Source: Deltaproteobacteria bacterium
GTDB taxonomy: Bacteria > Desulfobacterota > RBG-13-43-22
Direction: 5' to 3'
Length of the DNA stretch: 64,000 nt
Assembly: GCA_016219225.1 (NCBI GenBank)
Contig: JACRBX010000202.1
Span: 741 to 64,740 of the forward strand
Translations under genes and position numbers: made by a program
In this document: positions 18,038 through 28,030 of the stretch, in pieces
Position numbering within the stretch: the first letter of the stretch is position 1
Layout: every line of letters starts with the position of its first letter
The notes under the pieces: model-generated
Database searches by the model: none
The model's input: the letters and a program-made list of their open reading frames with translations, nothing else
Told to the model about the DNA's origin: nothing

Positions 18038-19486
18038 ATGGGTAAGATCGGAATCCAATTATGCGGCAGTTATTTGCCCAAGTATAGAATAGATCGAAAT
18101 CTTATCGCAGCCAGTTGGGGCCGCTCCTCCCTGGGTGGGGAACGAACCGTGGCCAATAATGACGAAGATGCCATTACCCTGGCGGTCGAGGCGGCCCGCA
18201 ATTGCCTGCATGGCGACAGCCTGGAAAAAATTGACGGACTATTTTTTGCTACCACCAGCGCTCCCTATAAAGAAAAGATGAATTCGGCGGTTATGGCCTC
18301 GGCCCTGGATCTGAACCGGGAACTGGTGACGGCCGATTTCGGTTATTCCTTACGAGCAGGCACCGGGGCCTTGAAAGCAGCCTTGGATTCAGTCCGGTGC
18401 GGTTCGGCCCGAAGAGCTTTGGTCACTGCTGCCGACTGTCGACTGGGCTACCCCAGGTCGGACCAGGAGCAGAGTTTCGGGGACGGGGCGGCGGCTGTCT
18501 TAATCGGAGACCAAGATCTTCTGGCAACCCTTGAGGGGGAATACTCGATCTGTAATGAAATGCATGATGTCTGGAGAAATCCGGAAGATACCTTTGTCCG
18601 CACCTGGGAAAGCCGCTTTATCCTGGGTGAGGGTTATACCAATACCATGAGCGAAGTCGTCCGGGGGATTTTAAAAAAATATGGGCTGGAACCGAAGGAC
18701 ATCACCAGGGCCGTTTTCCCGGCCCCGGACCCAAGGACCCTTCAGGGGTTGGCCAAAAAATTGGGGTTTGATATGAAAACCCAGGTCCAGGACCCTTTGA
18801 TTTCCTCCATAGGCTATTGTGGGGCGGCCCAAGCCTTACTGATGCTGGTGGCTGCTTTGGAAGAAGCCGAACCGGGAGATTTACTGCTGCTGGCCAATTA
18901 TGCCGATGGCGCCGACGCCCTGCTTTTCAGGGCGACCGGGGAAATCGGCCAAAGGAGCAGCCAACGGAAATTGCAAACACTCCTGGAGCAAAAGTTAATG
19001 CTCTCTTCCTATGCCCGTTTCTTAAGTTATAAGGGACTGATCGAGACCCTTCCCGGGGAACCCTTTCGCCTGTTTCCATCGGCCACGGCAACCTGGCGGG
19101 AAGCCGGCAGCATCCTCAGGGGACATGGCAGCCGCTGCCAGGCCTGCGGCAAGACGACTTTTCCGATTCAACGGATTTGCTACCATTGCCAATCAAAGGA
19201 TCAATTCGTAGAAGTACCCATTTCCAATTATCAGGGGGAAGTTTTTACCTTTTCATTAGATAACCTGGCCGGCCGGAGCGACGACCCGGTGGTGATCCAG
19301 ACCATTGCCGATCTGGGGGAAGAGAAAGTCCGCTTTTACGGCATGATGACCGACTGTAATCCGTCGGTAGTCCAGATAGGGATGCCGGTGGAACTGACCT
19401 TTCGAAGGATTTATGACGGCATGGGCATACATAACTATTTTTGGAAATTGCGGCCGGTGAACAAGGAGGACGTGACCAATGGGTAG
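18038..19486 (+). CDS. HMG-CoA synthase-like domain (catalytic Cys absent) fused to a DUF35 Zn-ribbon/OB-fold domain
   Basis: ERTVANNDEDAITLAVEA, DFGYSLRAGTGAL (Leu at the Cys position), GDGAAA; C-terminal CQAC..CYHC and GMPVELTFRR...YFWK. Confidence 0.88.
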   Translation: MGKIGIQLCGSYLPKYRIDRNLIAASWGRSSLGGERTVANNDEDAITLAVEAARNCLHGDSLEKIDGLFFATTSAPYKEKMNSAVMASALDLNRELVTADFGYSLRAGTGALKAALDSVRCGSARRALVTAADCRLGYPRSDQEQSFGDGAAAVLIGDQDLLATLEGEYSICNEMHDVWRNPEDTFVRTWESRFILGEGYTNTMSEVVRGILKKYGLEPKDITRAVFPAPDPRTLQGLAKKLGFDMKTQVQDPLISSIGYCGAAQALLMLVAALEEAEPGDLLLLANYADGADALLFRATGEIGQRSSQRKLQTLLEQKLMLSSYARFLSYKGLIETLPGEPFRLFPSATATWREAGSILRGHGSRCQACGKTTFPIQRICYHCQSKDQFVEVPISNYQGEVFTFSLDNLAGRSDDPVVIQTIADLGEEKVRFYGMMTDCNPSVVQIGMPVELTFRRIYDGMGIHNYFWKLRPVNKEDVTNG

Positions 19487-20666
19487 CATAAAAGATAAAG
19501 TGGCCATTATCGGTATGGGCTGCTCCAAGTTCGGGGAGCGGTGGGATATGGGGGCTGTGGATTTGGCCATCGAGGCGGTGTACGAGGCTTACGGCGATGC
19601 CGGCATAGAGGCCAAGGACCTGGAGGCCTGTTGGCTTTCCACCTTGATGGCCCCGGTCATCGGTGTTTCCGGTTCCCTGGCCGCCGATGGATTGAAGCTG
19701 GGGAACATCCCGGTTATCCGCAATGAAAACTGGTGTACCTCCGGACACATCGCCCTTCTGGAGGCCTGTATGGCCGTGGCCAGCGGGGCCTATGATCTGG
19801 TCATGGCCTTGGGCGTGGAGAAACTGAAAGATACGGGATTTCCCGGACTGGGTACGGGGAGGGGGATGCATCCGGTTTATGAGGCCCGCCGGACTTCTCC
19901 CGGTTCTTTTGGGTTGATTGCCGAGCGCTATTTCAAGACCTATGGAATACCCATGGAAGAGGGCAAGATAACCATGGCCAAGATCGAAGTCAAAAATCAC
20001 GATAACGGCAGTCTCTGCCCCAAGGCCCATTTCAGAAACCAGATCACCGTGGATACAGTGCTTAAGGCCCCCATCATCGCCTGGCCATTAGGACTTTTTG
20101 ATTGTTGCGGAAACAGCGACGGAGCGGCCTGTGCCATCATTACCACCCCTGAAAAGGCCAGGTCCTTCCGGGCCGATCCGATTTACCTCAAAGGCTTCGG
20201 TATCTCGACCGATGCCATGATTCCTCATTTCAGGCCCGATTTCAGTTGGACCAGTTTTAATGCCCTGGTCAACTCATCCCGGAAGGCCTATGAAATGGCC
20301 GGGATCAAAAATCCCCGGGAAGAACTCAGTCTGGCCGAGGTCCACGACTGCTTTTCCATTACCGAGTTGCTGATCTATGAAGATTTCGGCTTCAGTCCCA
20401 GGGGCAGGGCCAAAGAGGACGTGGACTCCGGGTTTTTTACCCGCCAGGGGGGATTGCCGGTTAATGTCGACGGCGGGTTGAAGTGTTTCGGACATCCGGT
20501 CGGGGCCAGCGGATTGCGCATGACCTATGAGGTCTATAAACAATTACAGGGCAAGGCGGATCTGCCTGAACGGCAGATCAAGAACCCCAGGCTGGGTCTG
20601 GCCCATACCTTCGGCGGACCGCCCCAGATTAGCGCCGTGGCCATTTTGGGGAATGAAAGAGGATGA
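19479..20666 (+). CDS. Thiolase family protein (SCP-x/archaeal-type acetyl-CoA acetyltransferase-like)
   Basis: ENWCTSG (Cys kept), EVHDCFS, GGLKCFGHPVGASG; overlaps the upstream gene. Confidence 0.92.
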   Translation: MGSIKDKVAIIGMGCSKFGERWDMGAVDLAIEAVYEAYGDAGIEAKDLEACWLSTLMAPVIGVSGSLAADGLKLGNIPVIRNENWCTSGHIALLEACMAVASGAYDLVMALGVEKLKDTGFPGLGTGRGMHPVYEARRTSPGSFGLIAERYFKTYGIPMEEGKITMAKIEVKNHDNGSLCPKAHFRNQITVDTVLKAPIIAWPLGLFDCCGNSDGAACAIITTPEKARSFRADPIYLKGFGISTDAMIPHFRPDFSWTSFNALVNSSRKAYEMAGIKNPREELSLAEVHDCFSITELLIYEDFGFSPRGRAKEDVDSGFFTRQGGLPVNVDGGLKCFGHPVGASGLRMTYEVYKQLQGKADLPERQIKNPRLGLAHTFGGPPQISAVAILGNERG

Positions 20667-20674
20667 AAAAAACA

Positions 20675-20815
20675 GGCTATGGGCAATAGGCGATAGGCAA
20701 TAGGCGAGCGGGAATAAGGGTTAACAGCACAAGATATCCGGTAGGTGGGTTTTCGTTAAACCTAAAACCTTCGATCCCCCGTCCCTGCCCATAGCCTATA
20801 GCCCATTGCCTCTTG
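20675..20815. repeat. Inverted heptamer arrays (GGCTATG/GGCAATA...CCTATAG/CCCATTG)
   Basis: Left array 20675-20706, complementary right array about 20787-20812; the same unit occurs at 50994-51025. Confidence 0.75.
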
Positions 20816-20845
20816 CCAAATACCTATTTCAGGAGGAAAACTTAG

Positions 20846-21988
20846 ATGGATTTTGAAATAAGCGAAGAGAATCGGATGTTCCGGGAGGCCATCCGGGAAT
20901 TTGCCGAAAGAGAGATCGTCCCTTTGGTAGATGAAGCCGAGGCGACACACACTTTTCCCATACAACTCTTTAAGAAAATGGGCGAACAGGCTTTTTTATG
21001 CCCCCGGTATCCCCTGGAGATGGGAGGGGGCGGCGGAGATAAGATCACCGAATGCATCATGGTGGAAGAGCTCTGCCGCATCGATGTGGGTATTGCCGGC
21101 AGCCTGATGGTCCAGAGTGGCTTGGCAACGGCCCCGATTTTCCGTTTCGGGTCCGAGGAACAAAAAGAGCGCTTTCTTTTGCCGGCCATTCGGGGGGAAA
21201 AGATCGGGGCTTTCGGGCTGACCGAACCGGATGTGGGCTCAGACGCTGCGGCCATAAAAACCAAAGCGGTCAAGGATGGCAATGACTATATCATCAACGG
21301 GACCAAGATGTTTATCACCAACGGGCCTATCTGTGATTACGTGATCGTGGCCGCCTATACCGATCCTACCCGGAGGGGGGAAGGGATCAACCTGTTTATC
21401 GTCGAAAAAGGCACCCCGGGATTTCTGGTTTCCCGCAAGCTGGACAAAGTGGGCAACTGCTCTGCCGAGACCGGAGAACTGGTCTTTGAGGATTGCCGGG
21501 TGTCGGCCAAAAACATGATCGGAGAAAAAGAAGGGGGCGGCTTTGCCCAGTTGGCCGATACCCTGATCTCGGGCCGCATCACTTACGGGGCCCGCTGTAC
21601 CGGCACCGGGCAGGCCGCTTACGAATTAACGGCCAAATATGCCAAAGAGCGCATCCAATTCGGAAAACCGATCGGAAAATACCAGATCAACCGTTTCCGC
21701 ATTGCCGAAATGGCCATGTATCTGGATATCATGCGCAGCTATACCTATCGGGTGGCCTGGATGTACGACCAGGGGAAGAAGGTCCGCAAAGAGTCCTCCA
21801 TGGTTAAATTGTTCACCGCTGAAATTCTCCAGAAGATCCTGGCCGATGCTATGCAGATCCATGGGGGCTACGGCTATATGATGGAGTACCCCATTCAGCG
21901 TTTCTGGCGGGACGGACGGCTCTTTACCGTCACGGAAGGCACTTCCGAGATTCAGCATCTGGTTATTGCCAATGAGTTGGGGTTGTAA
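20846..21988 (+). CDS. Acyl-CoA dehydrogenase
   Basis: AFGLTEPDVGSD, NGTKMFITNG, QFGKPIG, QIHGGYGYM.EY, EGTSEIQ. Confidence 0.95.
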   Translation: MDFEISEENRMFREAIREFAEREIVPLVDEAEATHTFPIQLFKKMGEQAFLCPRYPLEMGGGGGDKITECIMVEELCRIDVGIAGSLMVQSGLATAPIFRFGSEEQKERFLLPAIRGEKIGAFGLTEPDVGSDAAAIKTKAVKDGNDYIINGTKMFITNGPICDYVIVAAYTDPTRRGEGINLFIVEKGTPGFLVSRKLDKVGNCSAETGELVFEDCRVSAKNMIGEKEGGGFAQLADTLISGRITYGARCTGTGQAAYELTAKYAKERIQFGKPIGKYQINRFRIAEMAMYLDIMRSYTYRVAWMYDQGKKVRKESSMVKLFTAEILQKILADAMQIHGGYGYMMEYPIQRFWRDGRLFTVTEGTSEIQHLVIANELGL

Positions 21989-22001
21989 GGGATGAAATAA
22001 A

Positions 22002-22031
22002 GTTTGGAGTTCGGTGTTCGGAGTTCGGAGT
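22002..22031. repeat. GAGTTCG heptamer array
   Basis: Same unit at 38197, 45041, 50548, 52385 and 61234. Confidence 0.8.
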
Positions 22032-22088
22032 AAAAACTGAAAAGTAATCAACATTATTTTAGAACTAAACCAAAGGAGGATCAAAGAA

Positions 22089-23297
22089 ATGAAAGAAGCA
22101 AAGCATTGTATGAAAAGCAGCCTGGGCATTTTTTGTTTATGTTTCTTCATCGGAATTTTCTTTCTGACCCCGCTGGTCTGTTCTGCGGCCGAAAAAGTCC
22201 TTAAGATCGGGGCGATTTTCCCGTTGTCCGGGAAAGGGGCGGTCTGGGGTATTGCCGCCCAGAGGGCTATAACCATTGTCCAGAAGGAGATTAATGGCCG
22301 GGGTGGTTTGAATGTGGCTGGTGATAAATACCGTTTGGAGATTATTTGGGAGGACGATAAGTTTAATGCCGCCACCGGCCGGATGGCTGCAGAAAAACTG
22401 GTCAACCGGGACGGGGTGAAATTTATCCTGGGTTCTCAATCTTCCGCGGTCCTGTTGGCCGTTCAGCCCATTACGGAGCCCAAAAAAATTCTTTTTTTCC
22501 TCAATTCCTTTGCCAAAGAGGTCCTGTCTCCGGATAAACCCTACAGCTACCGCATGGTCCTGACCTCCAATGAGATCCTGCCGGCCATGTATCCCTGGCT
22601 GGTCAAAAATTATCCGAAAGCAAAGACCGTGGCCTTTATCGAGCCCAATGATGCCAGCGGCTGGTCGGTGGAGAAGGACTGCCGACGGAACGCCGAAAAG
22701 AACAATCTCAAAATCGTCTTCTCCCAATTTTATGAACGGGGGACCTCGGATTTCTATCCCCTCCTGAATAAACTCATCCTCCAGAATCCGGATGTCATCG
22801 ACTTTACCGGTGCCCCTCCTGGTGATCAGGCCCTGATCGTCAAACAGGCCCGGGAGTTGGGTTTCAAAGGCAAGACCTTTGCGGCGACGACCATCGACCC
22901 GCCAGAATTCTGCAAGATCGCCGGGACTCAGAATGCCGAAGGCCATATCAGCAATACCCATGATCTGTTGGGGGCCTTTAATACGGAAGCCCAAAAAAAG
23001 TATGTTGAGGATTACCTGGCCCAGTTTGGAAAACCATTCGATCCGGTAACGCCCAAGTATACCCTCTACCTGGAGATCCTGGCCCAGGCCATTGAAAAAG
23101 CCGGAAGTCTGGATACGACCAAGGTGAAAGAGATACTGGATAAGACGGAGGAATGGAATTCAATTTATGGGAAGGCCCGATTCGGGGGCAAGGAATACTA
23201 CGGGATCAAACACCAGATCGTCACCCCGGTCTATATCTCCGAACTGATTAACGGGAAATTGGTCAACCGGGGCACCATGATGCCGGTCATTCATTAA
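22089..23297 (+). CDS. Liv-type ABC substrate-binding protein
   Basis: Signal peptide, LKIGAIFPLSGKGA, GTSDFYP; AAGGAGG RBS. Confidence 0.92.
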   Translation: MKEAKHCMKSSLGIFCLCFFIGIFFLTPLVCSAAEKVLKIGAIFPLSGKGAVWGIAAQRAITIVQKEINGRGGLNVAGDKYRLEIIWEDDKFNAATGRMAAEKLVNRDGVKFILGSQSSAVLLAVQPITEPKKILFFLNSFAKEVLSPDKPYSYRMVLTSNEILPAMYPWLVKNYPKAKTVAFIEPNDASGWSVEKDCRRNAEKNNLKIVFSQFYERGTSDFYPLLNKLILQNPDVIDFTGAPPGDQALIVKQARELGFKGKTFAATTIDPPEFCKIAGTQNAEGHISNTHDLLGAFNTEAQKKYVEDYLAQFGKPFDPVTPKYTLYLEILAQAIEKAGSLDTTKVKEILDKTEEWNSIYGKARFGGKEYYGIKHQIVTPVYISELINGKLVNRGTMMPVIH

Positions 23298-23307
23298 AGG
23301 GCGATTA

Positions 23308-24165
23308 ATGAGTTTCCCATTTTTTATACAGGTCCTGGTCAACGGGCTGATGCTGGGGCTGACCTATGCCTTAATTGCTTCCGGCTTCAGCCTGATCTAT
23401 GGCATCATGCGGCTGTTAAACTTTGCCCATGGCGATTTTTATATGTTAGGGGCCTTCGCCACCTACCTCCTGTGTGAACGGTTAGGGATGGATTATTTTT
23501 CAGCCCTGTTGCTGAGCATGGTCCTGGTTGCCCTTCTGGGAGTCATCACCTATCATTTCTTCTTCCGGCCCTTCCGGGATCAACACGACCCCAGTGTGGT
23601 CATCGCCCTGGGCGTGGCCATGTTGATCGGCGGCCTGGCTCCTCTGGTCTTCGGAGAGAAGGACCAGTCCGTAACGCCGGTCTTTTCAGGGGTTGTCCGG
23701 TTTTTAGGGGCCACCCTTTCCCTGGAGAGGATCTTTGTCATTGCCATGGCCATTGTCCTGATGATCGCTTTAACCTTGTTTATTAAATTCACCAAAATGG
23801 GACAATCCATGCGGGCCGTGGCCCAGGATCAGGAAGCGGCCGCCCTCCAGGGCATCGGGGTCAATTCCACCTTCATGATGTGCATGGCCATCAGTTCCGC
23901 CCTGGCCGGGGCCGCCGGGTCCCTGCTGGCCCCCCTTTTTGTGGTCAATCCTTTCATCGGCACCCATGCCGTGCTCAAGGCCCTGGTTGTGGTGGTCATC
24001 GGCGGGATGGGCAGCATCCCCGGAGCGATTGCCGGGGGTCTTCTCTTGGGATTTGTAGAAAGTATCGGGAACACCTTTTTAGGCGGGGTAACGGAGATCC
24101 TGGGCTTTGTGATCGTTATGCTGGTCCTGATCTTTAAGCCCCAGGGACTGTTCGGCCATGGGTAA
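23308..24165 (+). CDS. LivH-like ABC permease
   Basis: NGLMLGLTYAL, NFAHG, GGMGSIPGA. Confidence 0.95.
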   Translation: MSFPFFIQVLVNGLMLGLTYALIASGFSLIYGIMRLLNFAHGDFYMLGAFATYLLCERLGMDYFSALLLSMVLVALLGVITYHFFFRPFRDQHDPSVVIALGVAMLIGGLAPLVFGEKDQSVTPVFSGVVRFLGATLSLERIFVIAMAIVLMIALTLFIKFTKMGQSMRAVAQDQEAAALQGIGVNSTFMMCMAISSALAGAAGSLLAPLFVVNPFIGTHAVLKALVVVVIGGMGSIPGAIAGGLLLGFVESIGNTFLGGVTEILGFVIVMLVLIFKPQGLFGHG

Positions 24166-25099
24166 GCGCAAATTGGGGTATCTGATTTTATTCATTCTCC
24201 TGGCGGCTTTTCCGATCTTCAACCAGGATCCTTTTATATTACACATCCTGATTACCACCGGGATCTGGGCGACTTCCGTCTGGGGGGTCAGACTGATCAT
24301 GTCCACCGGACAGTTGACCCTGGGACATGCCGCCTATATGGCCGTAGGGGCCTATGCCTCGGCTCTATTGGTCATGAAGGCCGGGTTTTCCTTCTGGCTG
24401 GCCCTGCCGCTGGCCGGCCTGATCGCGGCCCTGGTGGCGCTTTTGATCGGCTATCCGACCTTGCGTATCAAAGGGGTTTATTTTGCCATCATCACCTTTG
24501 CCTTTGCCGAGATCGTCCGCTTGATCATCGTCAACTGGCCCGGTTTTTTAGGGGGGTCCGGCGGGATTCCCGGTATCCCCTCTCCCTCCCCTTTTTTTTC
24601 CATCCCTTTCAGCGGCCGGGTCCCTTTCTACTATCTGATTTTATTTATATCACTAGTGACCTTTCTGGTCATGAGGGGTATTGATAAAAGCCGGATCGGA
24701 AAAATTTTTTCAGCCATTCACGAAAGCGACGATCTGTCCCAATCCTTTGGTATCAATATAATGAAATACAAACTGATTGCCTTCTGTCTGGGCTGTTTTT
24801 TCGCCGGGTTGAGTGGAAGTTTTTACGTCCATTACTATAATTTTGCCAGTCCGGAGTTTTTTACCATCTGGCAATCCGTTTATTGCCTCCTTTTTGTCAT
24901 CGTCGGAGGGGTCGGCGGTGTTTTCGGACCCCTTTTGGGCTCATTTTTTATGACCCTGGTGCCTGAATTTTTACGGGAAACCAAGGAATATGAACCGGTG
25001 ATTTACGCCGTTATTCTGATCCTGGTCATGTTTTTGCTGCCCGGAGGATTGATTACGCTGCCGGCGCGGTTGGGAAGAAAAAAAGGCCACAAAGAATGA
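24158..25099 (+). CDS. LivM-like ABC permease
   Basis: TGQLTLGHAAY, LRIKGVYFAIIT, SRIGK. Confidence 0.93.
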   Translation: MGKRKLGYLILFILLAAFPIFNQDPFILHILITTGIWATSVWGVRLIMSTGQLTLGHAAYMAVGAYASALLVMKAGFSFWLALPLAGLIAALVALLIGYPTLRIKGVYFAIITFAFAEIVRLIIVNWPGFLGGSGGIPGIPSPSPFFSIPFSGRVPFYYLILFISLVTFLVMRGIDKSRIGKIFSAIHESDDLSQSFGINIMKYKLIAFCLGCFFAGLSGSFYVHYYNFASPEFFTIWQSVYCLLFVIVGGVGGVFGPLLGSFFMTLVPEFLRETKEYEPVIYAVILILVMFLLPGGLITLPARLGRKKGHKE

Positions 25100-25238
25100 A
25101 AATATCGAATAACGAATAATGAATGTCGAAGGAAATAAAAGCGAGGTTCAATGTTCAACGTTGAACCTTAAACCGAAACCTTGAGTCTTTGTTACTTCAT
25201 GATTCGAAATTCGGTGTTCGATATTCGATATTCGTATT
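25097..25238. repeat. Nested inverted heptamer arrays (AATATCG...CGATATT outer, AGGTTCA...TGAACCT inner) between livM and livG
   Basis: GAAAATATCGAATAACGAATAATGAATGTCGAAG is mirrored by CTTCATGATTCGAAATTCGGTGTTCGATATTCGATATTC. Confidence 0.82.
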
Positions 25239-25262
25239 TTTGATCCAAGGATTCAAAAATCG

Positions 25263-26027
25263 ATGCTCTTAACTATCGAAAATGTAACCAAAAACTTCGG
25301 CGGGCTGGCGGCCCTTTGGAATTTGAGTTTCCAGGTTAATGAAGGGGAAATCCTTGGGCTGCTGGGACCCAATGGTTCGGGCAAGACTACGCTTTTTAAT
25401 GTGGTCAGCGGATTTTTTTCCCCTTCGGCCGGCCGGGTCTTTTTTAATGGCCGGGATATTACCGGATTTCGGCCCAACAAGATCGCCCAATTCGGTTTGG
25501 TACGCACCTTTCAAGGAACCAATCTATTCAAGAACCGGACGGTTTGGGAAAATGTGGTTATTGCCCACCACCTGATGATCAAGGCCAATTTCCTGGAACT
25601 TCTTCTAAACCAAGTGCGGGCCAAAACAAGTGAAGCAGCCGTCGAGAGGCACAGCAAGGAAATCCTGGAGTATCTGGGCCTTTTAGCCGTCAGGGAAGAT
25701 CTGGCCCATAATCTGCCCCATGGCCTTCAGCGGGCCTTGGGGGTGGCCATTGCCCTGGCGGCCCAGCCCCGGTTGCTGCTGCTGGACGAGCCTCTGACCG
25801 GAATGAACCCGGAGGAGTCCCGAAGGTTTATCGATTTGATTCGGGGTCTGCGGGACAGGGGGATCACCCTGATGATCGTGGAACACGATATGAAGGCCAT
25901 CATGGGTGTCAGTGACCGGATAGTCGTCCTTAATTATGGACAAAAGATCGCTGAAGGTCCTCCCCAGGAGATCCAACGGGACCCCAAGGTAATTGAGGCC
26001 TATCTGGGAAGCGAGGTTCCGGTATGA
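25263..26027 (+). CDS. LivG-like ABC ATPase
   Basis: GPNGSGKTT, LLDEPLTGMN, VEHDM, VIEAYLG. Confidence 0.95.
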   Translation: MLLTIENVTKNFGGLAALWNLSFQVNEGEILGLLGPNGSGKTTLFNVVSGFFSPSAGRVFFNGRDITGFRPNKIAQFGLVRTFQGTNLFKNRTVWENVVIAHHLMIKANFLELLLNQVRAKTSEAAVERHSKEILEYLGLLAVREDLAHNLPHGLQRALGVAIALAAQPRLLLLDEPLTGMNPEESRRFIDLIRGLRDRGITLMIVEHDMKAIMGVSDRIVVLNYGQKIAEGPPQEIQRDPKVIEAYLGSEVPV

Positions 26028-26743
26028 CCCAACTATCCTGGTTTTCTTTGCAGAACCTGAAGGTTTCTTACGGAGCCGCCCCGGCCCTGAAGGGAATCTC
26101 CTTACAAGTCGAGACTGGGAATATCGTTACCCTCATCGGGTCGAATGGCGCCGGAAAAAGCACGACCTTACGGGCTATATCCGGATTGGTCCCCCTGGCA
26201 GAAGGGGAGATTTTTTTTGAAGGAAAAAAGATTCATGGTCTTTCTCCACAGGAAATTGTCCATCGCGGAATCGCCCATGTCCCTGAAGGCAGAAGGGTCT
26301 TCCCGTTCATGACCGTTCTCGAAAATCTGAAAATGGGGGCTTTTCGCCGCAAGGATAAGAAAGAGATCCGGATGGACCTGGAAAAGCTCTTTGAGCACTT
26401 TCCGGTTTTGCGGGACAGACAGGCTCAAAGGGCCGGGAGTCTCAGTGGAGGAGAACAACAGATGCTGGCCATTGGCCGGGCCTTGATGTCCCAACCGCGG
26501 TTACTCCTTTTAGATGAACCTTCCATGGGTTTGGCTCCCATAATGGTCCAGGAATTAAGCCGGATAATCATCGAGATCAACCAGAGGAATGTGGGTATCA
26601 TCATCGTTGAGCAAAATGCCCAAATGGCCCTGCGCCTGGCCCATCAGGCCTATGTGTTGGAAACGGGATCGGTTGTTTTGGAAGGAAAGGCTTCGGACCT
26701 GATCCATGATGAACACATCCGAAAGGCGTATTTGGGGGGATGA
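26024..26743 (+). CDS. LivF-like ABC ATPase
   Basis: GSNGAGKST, LSGGEQQMLA, VEQNA. Confidence 0.95.
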   Translation: MTQLSWFSLQNLKVSYGAAPALKGISLQVETGNIVTLIGSNGAGKSTTLRAISGLVPLAEGEIFFEGKKIHGLSPQEIVHRGIAHVPEGRRVFPFMTVLENLKMGAFRRKDKKEIRMDLEKLFEHFPVLRDRQAQRAGSLSGGEQQMLAIGRALMSQPRLLLLDEPSMGLAPIMVQELSRIIIEINQRNVGIIIVEQNAQMALRLAHQAYVLETGSVVLEGKASDLIHDEHIRKAYLGG

Positions 26744-26747
26744 AAGA

Positions 26748-26815
26748 AAGGTACAAGGTATAAGGTGCAGGGTGTAAGGTAAAATCTCAAACCTTAAACC
26801 CTCAACCTAGAACCT
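26748..26815. repeat. Inverted heptamer arrays (AAGGTNN)n...(AACCTNN)n
   Basis: AAGGTAC AAGGTAT AAGGTGC AGGGTGT AAGGT followed by AACCTTA AACCCTC AACCTAG AACCT. Confidence 0.8.
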
Positions 26816-26831
26816 TTTTTAGGGGGGACTT

Positions 26832-28028
26832 ATGAGAAAAGTCGGCATTGTGGGGATGGGGACCACCAAGTTCAAGGCCCGCTGGGTGGACAAGACCTAT
26901 TATGAGCTGGCCTTCGATGCGGCCAGGATGGCCATGGAGGATGCCGGACTCAGTCGGCTGGATATCGATTGTGCCGTCTACGGGATCTACAACGATTTGT
27001 TTCAGCGTCAATACCAGCCTGACGCCTTTGTCCACGATTATCTGGGACTGGGCTTAAAGCCCATGGTGCGGGTCAATTCCGGCGGGGCCACCGGCGGGGC
27101 GGCCCTGCGCATCGGCTACGCCGAGGTGGCCAGCGGCCTCTATGACATCTGTCTGGTCCTGGGGGTGGAAAAATGCGCCGATTGCTACAACTATGAATTT
27201 CAGTCCGCCACCCCGGAGGTCCTGCGGGCCATCCTCTATACGGCTGACATGACTTATGACAACCCGGCCGGCCGCACCGCCGCCTCGGGCTTTGCACTGG
27301 CGGTCATCGCCCACCGGGAAAAATACGGCAACCCCACCGATGAACAGATGGCCAAGGTCTCGGTGAAGAATCATTTCAATGCCACCAAGAATCCCATTGC
27401 CCAATCGCCCAAGGTCCTGACGGTGGAGGAGGTCTTGAATTCCAAAAAGATCGTCGAGCCTTTCCGGTTTTATGACAATTGCCTCTATACCGAAGGGTCT
27501 TCGGCGGTCATCCTGGCCTCCGAGGAAGTTGCCCGGAAAATAAGCCCCAAACCGGTCTGGATTACCGGAGTGGGGGCTTCCACCGACTATGTCATACCCG
27601 GAAACCGGCCCAACATCCATACCTTCGAATCTTCCCGGCTGGCGGCTCAAAAGGCTTACGGCATGGCCGGCCTTACCCACCCCCTGGAAGATTTGGATTT
27701 AGCGGAACTGCATGACGCCTTTACCGGTACCGAGATTATGGCCTATGAAGACTGCTTTTTTTGTGAAGAAGGGCAGGGGGGACGGTTGATCGATGAAGGG
27801 GTGGTCATGGCCGGAGGAAAATTGCCGGTCAACCTGAGCGGCGGTTTGATCGGCTGCGGCCATGCCGTAGGGGCCACAGGCATCATGCAGACTTATGAAG
27901 TAGCCCTGCAATTGCGGGGAGAGGCCGGAGAACGGCAGGTCGAAAATGCCCGCCGCGGATTGGTGCAAAGTATCGGCGGGACCCTTTGCACCTGGACGGT
28001 TTGTCTGGTTTTGGAAAGGGAGGGCTGA
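26832..28028 (+). CDS. Thiolase-fold protein lacking the nucleophilic Cys (possible retro-aldolase)
   Basis: RVNSGGATGG where thiolases have xxCxS/T; ELHDAFT and GHAVGATG are kept. Confidence 0.88.
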   Translation: MRKVGIVGMGTTKFKARWVDKTYYELAFDAARMAMEDAGLSRLDIDCAVYGIYNDLFQRQYQPDAFVHDYLGLGLKPMVRVNSGGATGGAALRIGYAEVASGLYDICLVLGVEKCADCYNYEFQSATPEVLRAILYTADMTYDNPAGRTAASGFALAVIAHREKYGNPTDEQMAKVSVKNHFNATKNPIAQSPKVLTVEEVLNSKKIVEPFRFYDNCLYTEGSSAVILASEEVARKISPKPVWITGVGASTDYVIPGNRPNIHTFESSRLAAQKAYGMAGLTHPLEDLDLAELHDAFTGTEIMAYEDCFFCEEGQGGRLIDEGVVMAGGKLPVNLSGGLIGCGHAVGATGIMQTYEVALQLRGEAGERQVENARRGLVQSIGGTLCTWTVCLVLEREG

Positions 28029-28030
28029 TC

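Noticed and set aside
18038-20666. Mevalonate pathway (HMG-CoA synthase plus thiolase)
   Set aside because: Both HMGS-like domains lack the catalytic Cys, no HMG-CoA reductase or mevalonate kinases are present, and the context is catabolic.
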